DNA of 64,000 bases from Methanobacteriota archaeon. Its GTDB lineage: Archaea; Thermoplasmatota; Poseidoniia; Poseidoniales; Poseidoniaceae. The stretch is taken from assembly GCA_011526375.1 (NCBI GenBank), contig WTIT01000151.1:42130-106129 (forward strand). The letters are read 5' to 3'. Numbering within the stretch: position 1 is the stretch's first letter; each line of letters begins with the position of its first letter. The position numbers were made by a program, and so were the translations under genes. Below the pieces are notes generated by a model. The model ran no database searches, was not told where the DNA came from, and saw only the letters and a program-made list of their open reading frames with translations. Positions 56,943-64,000 of the stretch are shown one piece after another.

Positions 56943-57605
56943 GTGAGCAGCAAGTATGAGAGAGAACTAAGGCAGGTTCTCGCTGGCTTATCAAAGGGCG
57001 TCGATTCAATCATTAAATCGTGTAATGAAGTTGAAAAAGCTAAGATGAAGTTGATTGAAAAACGTCCATTCCTCGTAGTCAGAGCGGCCGGTTCTGGAAT
57101 CGAAGGCTCTGGAGATTTGTTAGCATTGCGCGGCGACATTTGTTTCCCAATAGAGGTCAAATCCTCAAAGGACGCGAAATTATATCTGTCGGGGAGAACT
57201 GTTGAACAGTATAATTCACTGGTTTATGAGGGAAATAGATCTTGTTTGATGCCGCTGTACGCCTATCGCCTGAAGGGCATAAGAGGTGACTCTTGGAGAA
57301 TATTTAGGGTCGAGACTGAAACATTACATGGGCAATTAAGAAAACTTGAATCATCAATACCAAGCCTTCCATTAACCCGAAATGGCAAACCGTATCTCAA
57401 TTGGGAGGCAGGATTGCCGCTCAATGAATTCATTGCTCTAGTTTGCTCTCAAGCGGGGCAGTCCGATACCGGAATGAGAAACATCCAAGTTCGTAGTAAT
57501 ACACTATCTGGATACATTGTAAGCGAAACAGTAGACAGAAATCTCGAGATAATGCCAAAACCAAAAAGAAATATTCTTGCTGAATTGAAAAGAAGAAAAT
57601 TATGA
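56943..57605 (+). CDS. hjc: Holliday junction resolvase Hjc-like (PD-(D/E)xK)
   Basis: YEREL, VVRAAGSG, GDLLALR, IEVKSS. Confidence 0.8.
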   Translation: MSSKYERELRQVLAGLSKGVDSIIKSCNEVEKAKMKLIEKRPFLVVRAAGSGIEGSGDLLALRGDICFPIEVKSSKDAKLYLSGRTVEQYNSLVYEGNRSCLMPLYAYRLKGIRGDSWRIFRVETETLHGQLRKLESSIPSLPLTRNGKPYLNWEAGLPLNEFIALVCSQAGQSDTGMRNIQVRSNTLSGYIVSETVDRNLEIMPKPKRNILAELKRRKL

Positions 57606-57608
57606 GTT

Positions 57609-59066
57609 TTAGAAGTAAGGAATTATCAAAATGAAAACTATCATCCCCAGCAATGCAAGTGACGATATGTTTGATGCTTTACTAGAAATATGCTCTATCC
57701 ACATTGGGTTGATATCCCAAAATTTCAATTTTCGACCGACCTTCTTTACCCCGTTTAAAATACCACGAAGCATGTCTTTGAACATATGGCCTCCATCGAA
57801 GGGAACCATAGGAATTAGATTTGTAAAGCCTAAAAGAATGTTAACCCACAGTAGCCAGAAAAACAAATTCACCAAGAATAGTAGTCCATTAGTACCAAGA
57901 GTTTGAGCGAATGGATTGTCATCTGCTTCCAGCAATGATTCCTCGAATGGGTGCATCGCAACACCTTGAAGTTCAAATGGAACAATCATCATGCTTAGAG
58001 TATGAAACGGCACCATTACCGATTTTTGCAGAAGATTACCGTCCCAACGGGGCGATAGGGGGCCTGCAAGACGGTCGATTCCCGCAGTTCCGCCTGACAA
58101 ACCTTCAACGCCAAGGAACGCATCACCTTGCTCTACTCCTAAATCAGCCAAGTTTGATTTTGACCACCCCAACTCTAAGTAATAATCGTACTTATCAGAA
58201 AGTGTTGCATTCAATGTCTCGACATCCCCATCTTGATGCATTACAGTAATTGCTATTGTATCATTAGCAGAATAAGCTGTCATAATATCGTAGAAATCAT
58301 CGACATTGGATACGGTTTGATTATCGATTGATTGTATGGTATCCCAAGGTTCAAGCCCTGCATTATACGCTCCTTCTTCCTGTACAATCCCTCGAACATG
58401 TACACCATCATCAGTTGCAACGAACTGTCCTGCTAATCCTCCAAGAAACATTAAACAGACAATAGCAGCAAAGATGTTGGTTGCTGGACCTGCTGCAAAC
58501 ATTCGCATTCTTTCTTTGCTAGGTGCATTGGTCAATTCCTCATATTGAGGTTCTGCAAAGGCACCCAATGGCAATGGGCCAAGTTGTAGTAAGCCGAATG
58601 CCCTAATCCTCATTCCATGAGCTCGAGCCTGTAACCCATGCCCAAATTCATGAATCACCAAGGCTACAATGAACGCAACTGCACCCCAACCGAGTGGAAT
58701 AACTGGATTTAATCCGGGTATCGCAACCAACTCACTAGCACTAGGTGGCGGACTCTGAGGTGGAGTCAGCAATGCTGTAATGAAGGCAATAACCATCAAT
58801 AGACCCACCATTATCATTGAAAACATGCACACCCAAAGCGATATTTCCCCATAAAATCGCCAGAAACCTCGGGGCTTCACTGTCTTATCTAGCAGCTTTA
58901 GTCCACGTTTGCTTCTAACCATCAGGATAACCCCAAACACCCTAGAAGAATTCCAGCGATCAAGGGTGCCGTTGTTCTCCCATATTCTTAGTAAGATATA
59001 CCACGAAAGTATCAGCAGCAAAATGAACGACCAGTCGAAATCAACGGTCCCCCAGTTGGCTGCCAT
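57609..59066 (-). CDS. Site-2 protease (M50) with PDZ domain
   Basis: HEFGHG, GAFAEP, FAAGP..N, A..AGL...D.I..ID (PDZ), NLIPMVPFDGGH. Confidence 0.93.
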   Translation of the reverse strand: MAANWGTVDFDWSFILLLILSWYILLRIWENNGTLDRWNSSRVFGVILMVRSKRGLKLLDKTVKPRGFWRFYGEISLWVCMFSMIMVGLLMVIAFITALLTPPQSPPPSASELVAIPGLNPVIPLGWGAVAFIVALVIHEFGHGLQARAHGMRIRAFGLLQLGPLPLGAFAEPQYEELTNAPSKERMRMFAAGPATNIFAAIVCLMFLGGLAGQFVATDDGVHVRGIVQEEGAYNAGLEPWDTIQSIDNQTVSNVDDFYDIMTAYSANDTIAITVMHQDGDVETLNATLSDKYDYYLELGWSKSNLADLGVEQGDAFLGVEGLSGGTAGIDRLAGPLSPRWDGNLLQKSVMVPFHTLSMMIVPFELQGVAMHPFEESLLEADDNPFAQTLGTNGLLFLVNLFFWLLWVNILLGFTNLIPMVPFDGGHMFKDMLRGILNGVKKVGRKLKFWDINPMWIEHISSKASNISSLALLGMIVFILIIPYF

Positions 59067-59146
59067 GGCTCTGCCATACTCTCACTTAATTTGAATATTA
59101 ACAAAACATGAACAAAGTTGAAGAATAATCACAATGAGGGATCATC

Positions 59147-59710
59147 ATGCAACCACTACGTGACGATATTGCCGAGTGGTGCGATGAAACATGGGGCCAA
59201 AACCCACTAGAAGTGTTGGAATGGTTTGAAGATGATGAGAGAGTTCAAGTTTTCATTAAACTACCACGCAGTGTTCTTATTGCTGATTTTATTTTCAAAG
59301 AAGATGCTGTCAACATGCAACGAGATAGAATTGAAATCAGACATCATTTGCACATCCCATTAGATATTTGGAATCCGGGGTCCATTCAGGCTACAAGAAT
59401 TAGCGACGGTAGGGTCAGATTTCGACATAGGAACTCGGATATTATTCTGGCAGCAAAGATGCGAGCGCCTGAATGGGGCAAGAGCACGCTAGAAGACTGG
59501 TTGATGTCACTAAGAGGAGAACAACTAAGGCCAAAAGACAAAACTCAAAGGTTGGCATCAATAAAGAGAATCAAGGAAATAGTGAACAGAAATCTACACT
59601 CTGCTTCGCTTGAAGGAGCGAAAGATGACCTTCATCTGATTAATTTGAGAATACACTCAGCCGAAATAGGACTTAATCCGCTTGAGAGCAAACTACAGGA
59701 AGCAGAATAA
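59147..59710 (+). CDS. Hypothetical protein
   Basis: 187-aa ORF filling the gap; GAGGGA before ATG; no recognised motif. Confidence 0.75.
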   Translation: MQPLRDDIAEWCDETWGQNPLEVLEWFEDDERVQVFIKLPRSVLIADFIFKEDAVNMQRDRIEIRHHLHIPLDIWNPGSIQATRISDGRVRFRHRNSDIILAAKMRAPEWGKSTLEDWLMSLRGEQLRPKDKTQRLASIKRIKEIVNRNLHSASLEGAKDDLHLINLRIHSAEIGLNPLESKLQEAE

Positions 59711-60559
59711 TTAATTCAGCCTAACTTTGTACCGCTCACGACCATTGACATATAGGGTGATTTTACCTGACGAAGAGATGCAAATTGCAGCACATTCAGC
59801 GAGTTGAGATATCGCTCTAGCCGCTAAATGTCTCCCGCCTTCACCATATTTTGGTTGAGTCCCCGCTGGAACCTGAATATATCTACCTGCATCGCTGGCT
59901 ACTCCTTCTTTGTTGAAGAAAATAGCACCATCTAACCAAGCGAATTCTGCCAAGGTTTCGTGATTCTCATCAAGTAATATGCTCTTTTTTTCAGCATCGT
60001 GACCTTTGAATGGATTTAACACCAAGGGAGTAGAGAATTTCCTTAGTTTGGGCAGTGAACCAATAGCAAACAACGCACCTACTGAATGCCCTTCCCTGCC
60101 TCTAGAACCAATATGCCGTGCTAATTGCATAGCCTTAGTCAATACTTCCAATTCAACATTAATTTCTGTTGATAGCGTTGCGAATCTATTTGCGTTTAAC
60201 ATTGTAGTATCTATCGAGAAAAGTCCGTCTAAGGGTTCTGCAAGTACGACTAAAATCTTCTCGCCCCTTGAGATTCGCCCCTCGCCAATAGCTTGTAGAA
60301 TCATGTCGTGTAACTGGTTCAAAATTTGTAAGCCGATAGTTGACAATGATTCATCCATCATCTCTACTGTGATTTCGTCATCAGCAAACGATTCGATTAC
60401 TCTTGATTTGCTAGTCAAAATAGTTGTTCGGACATCATTTGGTATGACATCATTTACCTGCCTGATTTTTGTTACGCTATTTGAAATCATGATTACAGAA
60501 TCAAAACTTTTCCTATCTGTTGGAAAAGAGGTGGCGACCGATTGTACTAGGTCAACCAA
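59711..60559 (-). CDS. dacZ: Diadenylate cyclase, DacZ-like (DisA_N domain)
   Basis: GREG.SVGALFAIG, LNPFKGH, EFAWLDGA (DGA), GGRHLAA.AIS (RHx), CISSSG.I. Confidence 0.85.
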   Translation of the reverse strand: MVDLVQSVATSFPTDRKSFDSVIMISNSVTKIRQVNDVIPNDVRTTILTSKSRVIESFADDEITVEMMDESLSTIGLQILNQLHDMILQAIGEGRISRGEKILVVLAEPLDGLFSIDTTMLNANRFATLSTEINVELEVLTKAMQLARHIGSRGREGHSVGALFAIGSLPKLRKFSTPLVLNPFKGHDAEKKSILLDENHETLAEFAWLDGAIFFNKEGVASDAGRYIQVPAGTQPKYGEGGRHLAARAISQLAECAAICISSSGKITLYVNGRERYKVRLN

Positions 60560-60567
60560 TTAATCAC

Positions 60568-61194
60568 CTATTGATTTGTTGTATCTATACCAGGCAACTG
60601 ATCTTCAGATTCTCGATACACTGTGCGCATGTTATTGATGAAGTTACGTTCTTTAATTACCAATATGAACTCGTCGAAACCAGGGTCTTCCTCGCCATCT
60701 AGATGATTTAATAGAACCTCTAGAGTAATTCTTGCTCCTTCCCTGTGCGGATAACCAAAAATTCCCATAGACAATGGAGGTGACACAATTCGCCTAACAT
60801 CGTCCATTTCTTTGAAGCGGTCAAAGAGGTTGTGATAGGTTTCTGGCAATAGTTGTCTCCTTGATTCATCTTGACTAGGCCTGCGACAATCTGGTCCTAC
60901 GGCGTGAATAATGTGTTTGTAATTAGTTGACAGAGCATACGGTTCTGTGACAACATTATGGGTTACTGCACACGGAGGGGCGTTGATTTTCCGCTTCTCC
61001 AAACAAATATTTCGAGTTACCTGAGTCAGTTCTGGTCCTGCTTTGGCATGAACCATTGAATCCAGTCCTTCTCGACCAGATAAGCGATTATTTGCCGGAG
61101 TTATGAGGGCGTCACCTGTATGATCCCATAATTCTCCACCTACAACAGTTAAGACACCCCATTTGCAGGTTCTGGACATATATAGTTCCGGCAT
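60568..61194 (-). CDS. Macro domain (ADP-ribose binding/hydrolase) protein
   Basis: DALITPAN..L.G..G.D..VH..AG..L, IIHAVGP, P.LS.GIFGYP. Confidence 0.88.
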   Translation of the reverse strand: MPELYMSRTCKWGVLTVVGGELWDHTGDALITPANNRLSGREGLDSMVHAKAGPELTQVTRNICLEKRKINAPPCAVTHNVVTEPYALSTNYKHIIHAVGPDCRRPSQDESRRQLLPETYHNLFDRFKEMDDVRRIVSPPLSMGIFGYPHREGARITLEVLLNHLDGEEDPGFDEFILVIKERNFINNMRTVYRESEDQLPGIDTTNQ

Positions 61195-61333
61195 CGTGTA
61201 AGCAAGGTGGGGTGTCTTACTTATTTAGTTCGCAAAAATGTGCGAATTTTTGTTGATTTTATCCAATTTATAAGTTACCGAATGTTTTAGCGGAATAATT
61301 CATTATGTACCTAGTCATAGGAGTAATGATAGC

Positions 61334-61570
61334 ATGGCTGTGGGATATGTATTGGTTAACGTGACACCCGGAATGGAAATTGAAGCTTACAACACCATCA
61401 AGGGAATGAAGAATGTTGATGACATAACAGTCTTGTTCGGTGATTATGATTTGATAATCAAACTAGTTGCTGACGATTTAGCCTCAATCGCAAAAACTGT
61501 CGTTGAGACTATTCGTCCTGTAGAGGGAGTCATAAACACAAAAACTCTTGCTGGTGCAGATGTAGTTTAG
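61334..61570 (+). CDS. Stand-alone Lrp/AsnC ligand-binding (RAM) domain protein
   Basis: YVLVNV.PG.E, LFGDYDLI.K, IR.VEGV..T.T; no HTH. Confidence 0.88.
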   Translation: MAVGYVLVNVTPGMEIEAYNTIKGMKNVDDITVLFGDYDLIIKLVADDLASIAKTVVETIRPVEGVINTKTLAGADVV

Positions 61571-61710
61571 TATGGCTTTGCATACTCCGTTTATCCAAAA
61601 AGCGCACTTCCGAAAGGGGTGCTGCGCCCTATATGTAGCGCAGTATAGCGGTTTTTCGGCATAAATACTATATACCTAACCAATTTACTTAGTACCGGAG
61701 GTTATCCAAA

Positions 61711-61974
61711 ATGTCTGATAAGAAATATTTCGTCCTAATGCAGGGCGGTAAAGATACAAGCCAAGTATTTGCGAGCAAACAACCACGTGGTGCAGCCCTA
61801 AAAGCCGCAACCCGTGGACACACCGATATACGCCTAAGAGAGCGTGGAACCAAGAGAGTCCACTGCTTTACTGGCAGCATATCAATGGTTGACAAGCCTG
61901 CAAACGGCCCAGCCTGGCTTCCTGACAAGATCAAGAAGGCAAACGTAAAGAAAATCGGAATCGAACACCTTTGA
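61711..61974 (+). CDS. mc1: Non-histone chromosomal protein MC1
   Basis: [37 protein letters not shown]. Confidence 0.92.
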   Translation: MSDKKYFVLMQGGKDTSQVFASKQPRGAALKAATRGHTDIRLRERGTKRVHCFTGSISMVDKPANGPAWLPDKIKKANVKKIGIEHL

Positions 61975-62032
61975 GTGACTTTTTCGAGTCTTTAGACACC
62001 TTATGAACTGATATATTCCGCGGAATATAACT

Positions 62033-62071
62033 GCCCCTTCGAAGGTTTAGGCCTTCGAGGGGGCCTTTTTT
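62033..62071 (+). terminator. GC-rich hairpin plus T tract between convergent genes
   Basis: GCCCCTTCGAAGG-TTTAGG-CCTTCGAGGGGGC (13-bp stem, one G-U) followed by CTTTTTT. Confidence 0.6.
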
Positions 62072-62448
62072 AATTTCATAATCTTAAACAGAATAATTGC
62101 AATAATTATCTCTATCAACAACCAAACAAATTGAACTCTTGAATCAAAAGCATACATTGCTAGAGCAATAAATCTAGTCACAAAATACGTAAGGTCAAGA
62201 ACTAATAACAAAAATAGCAACTTATAGATTCTAGATTCCTCATATAATCTACTGATATTTATTAGAAAAATCCCGATTCCGAGCGGCAATACAGAATATC
62301 GTAATTTGAAGTCTATCTTTTCTTTTACACTCATTGAATCAGACGAATCTACAATCCTTTCCGGGAACAAAAATAAAATTACGCCTACAATAATTAGCGT
62401 AGTGCCTGTAATCAGTTGGTAAGCTAATGTTCTACTCATGAACACCAC
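62047..62448 (-). CDS. Hypothetical 4-TM membrane protein
   Basis: Hydrophobic, AT-rich ORF overlapping the upstream gene end; true start may be ATG near 62439. Confidence 0.65.
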   Translation of the reverse strand: MVFMSRTLAYQLITGTTLIIVGVILFLFPERIVDSSDSMSVKEKIDFKLRYSVLPLGIGIFLINISRLYEESRIYKLLFLLLVLDLTYFVTRFIALAMYAFDSRVQFVWLLIEIIIAIILFKIMKLKKAPSKA

Positions 62449-62836
62449 CTTTTGGTATCCAATTTCCTACCCAGAGCGCTACAGCAATCATCAGTAGTTG
62501 CCCGATTAGGCGTAAGATATGCCATATAGGTTCAAACGTATTGTCATCTATCGGAATATCATTAATCCACATATTTAGGTTAGCCCAGTATACTGCAACG
62601 AGGAACATTGCCATCAACATGGCAGAATATCTACGTGTCATAGGAATCACCAGACCTAATCCGAGGCCAATTTCCATAATACCTGTAATCAATACCCAAA
62701 ACGTCGGGTCTCCAAGCACCTCCGGAACTATCGGTTCAAACCATTTCGTGTCGGTAAAATGCGCTATACCAACATTAACAAAAAATAAACCTAGAACCGT
62801 CGACAAAGTAACCTTTGCCAATTCGGCTTTACTCAT
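62432..62836 (-). CDS. DoxX-like membrane protein
   Basis: G..HF...WF..IVP..L..P...V.ITG..EI..G.GL, ..AN..M, RL..Q. Confidence 0.8.
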   Translation of the reverse strand: MSKAELAKVTLSTVLGLFFVNVGIAHFTDTKWFEPIVPEVLGDPTFWVLITGIMEIGLGLGLVIPMTRRYSAMLMAMFLVAVYWANLNMWINDIPIDDNTFEPIWHILRLIGQLLMIAVALWVGNWIPKGGVHE

Positions 62837-62848
62837 TGGTTGTCTCCT

Positions 62849-63619
62849 TCAATAACGGACTTTTTGACGGGTCAAAGTTCGCCAAATTCTCTGCAGAGGA
62901 TCGTAGTACCTGTCAACTACTCGTTCTTTGAGCTGAATAATCGCATCATCAGTAATTTGAATTCCGGCTGGACATACCTCTGTACAACAACGTGTAATAT
63001 TACAGTACTCAACACCAAATTCTTTCTTAATTTCCGGAACTCTGTCTTCTAAATCCAATGGGTGCATCTCATATTGAGCAAGCCTGACTAGATTTCTTGG
63101 ACCCGCAAAGTCATCGAATAACTCGTGATCTCTAAGCACGTGACAAGTGTTTACACAGAGGAAACATTCTATACATTCTCTGAAGTGTTGAACTCTGTCT
63201 GCTTCCATTTGATTAAATTCCCAGTTCATTTCTTCTGGGCCATTTATTGGCTTGATTTTTTGAGCCACATCATAGTTCCATGAAACATCAGTAACTAAAT
63301 CCTTGATATGTGGAAATGTTTTCATTGGGCGTATATCAATAGGTTCTCCCTCTTTGACTTCGTCAACGACATCACTCATTCTTGTCATACACATCAAACG
63401 CGGCCTACCATTGATTTCCGCTGAACATGACCCACACTTTCCAGCTTTGCAATTCCATCTCACCGCCAAATCAGGTTCCTGCTCGTATTGAATTCGATGA
63501 ACGCAGTCTAGAACAACCATGCCCTCATCCAACTCTATTTCATAATCCTCCATCGAAGCATTTTCTCCTTCTCCTCTGGTAATCTTGAAATTCTGTTTCT
63601 TACCCTTTAGTGACATCAT
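62849..63619 (-). CDS. sdhB: Succinate dehydrogenase/fumarate reductase iron-sulfur subunit
   Basis: RWNCKAGKCGSC...C (2Fe-2S), CIECFLC...C, CNITRCCTEVCP. Confidence 0.93.
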   Translation of the reverse strand: MMSLKGKKQNFKITRGEGENASMEDYEIELDEGMVVLDCVHRIQYEQEPDLAVRWNCKAGKCGSCSAEINGRPRLMCMTRMSDVVDEVKEGEPIDIRPMKTFPHIKDLVTDVSWNYDVAQKIKPINGPEEMNWEFNQMEADRVQHFRECIECFLCVNTCHVLRDHELFDDFAGPRNLVRLAQYEMHPLDLEDRVPEIKKEFGVEYCNITRCCTEVCPAGIQITDDAIIQLKERVVDRYYDPLQRIWRTLTRQKVRY

Positions 63620-63999
63620 TTACCACCTCCTGCTTCCGCAGCACGCTCAGCAATCATGTCTTTGACTTCCTTGATTGCATCTTTTAGATCATCACGCATT
63701 TCGACAACAGGGTCTTGGCGAACTTTTATTTCGCCATTTTCCATGTAGATTATGTTGATTGTTTTACCCCAGTATTCATCATCAGGAACGGGGAAATCAT
63801 CACGAGTGTGACCGCCTCTGCTCTCTTCACGAGTTACAGCTGCTAGTGTCGCTGCGTAAGAAACGTCGACCATATTTTTCAAATCTAGCGCCTGGTGCCA
63901 TCCTGAATTGTATTTCCTTGAGGCGCCAGGATAGGCGGCAATCCTTCTTGCTTCAAATGCCTTCAAATCCTCAATCGCTTCATCTAACTCCTGCTTGGT
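63616..63999 (-). CDS. sdhA: Succinate dehydrogenase/fumarate reductase flavoprotein, C-terminal part (partial)
   Basis: YN.GWH.ALDL.NM..VS.....AA..REESRGGHTRDDFP; frame open to the window end. Confidence 0.9.
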   Translation of the reverse strand, partial: TKQELDEAIEDLKAFEARRIAAYPGASRKYNSGWHQALDLKNMVDVSYAATLAAVTREESRGGHTRDDFPVPDDEYWGKTINIIYMENGEIKVRQDPVVEMRDDLKDAIKEVKDMIAERAAEAGGGK

Positions 64000-64000
64000 T

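Noticed and set aside
59711-61194. CBASS/Thoeris-like anti-phage system from cyclase plus macrodomain
   Set aside because: The cyclase is a DisA_N DAC, not a CD-NTase or TIR; no TM or nuclease effector; housekeeping context.

Overview
A gene-dense, roughly 41% GC archaeal chromosome segment. Gene content (PPAT-DUF359 fusion, Bud32, Alba, MC1, Hjc, archaeal Lhr, DUF3860, presenilin-like protease, bacterial-type ThrRS/GlpX/SDH) points to Marine Group II Euryarchaeota (Ca. Poseidoniales, Thermoplasmatota); this taxonomy is an inference. It holds about 55 CDSs and one tRNA-Gly(GCC), with no CRISPR array, IS element or integrase seen. Main points of interest: (1) an unassigned ~290-nt GC-rich structured ncRNA candidate (1923-2212, minus strand) directly behind an 840-aa wHTH orphan, which is divergent from a DUF3860 gene across an AT-rich spacer carrying an archaeal ORB-like box and GTTAC inverted repeats (possible replication origin); (2) an archaeal Box-like aromatic-CoA epoxidation cluster (BoxB, half-length BoxC-like crotonase, ALDH, PaaG/PaaH-like enzymes, Bat-type regulator, Rieske oxygenase) with no BoxA reductase in view; (3) two genes that appear to start at CTG; (4) a macrodomain-diadenylate cyclase pair; (5) membrane enzymes carrying large inserted extracellular domains. 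All family calls are from motif recognition, not database searches.
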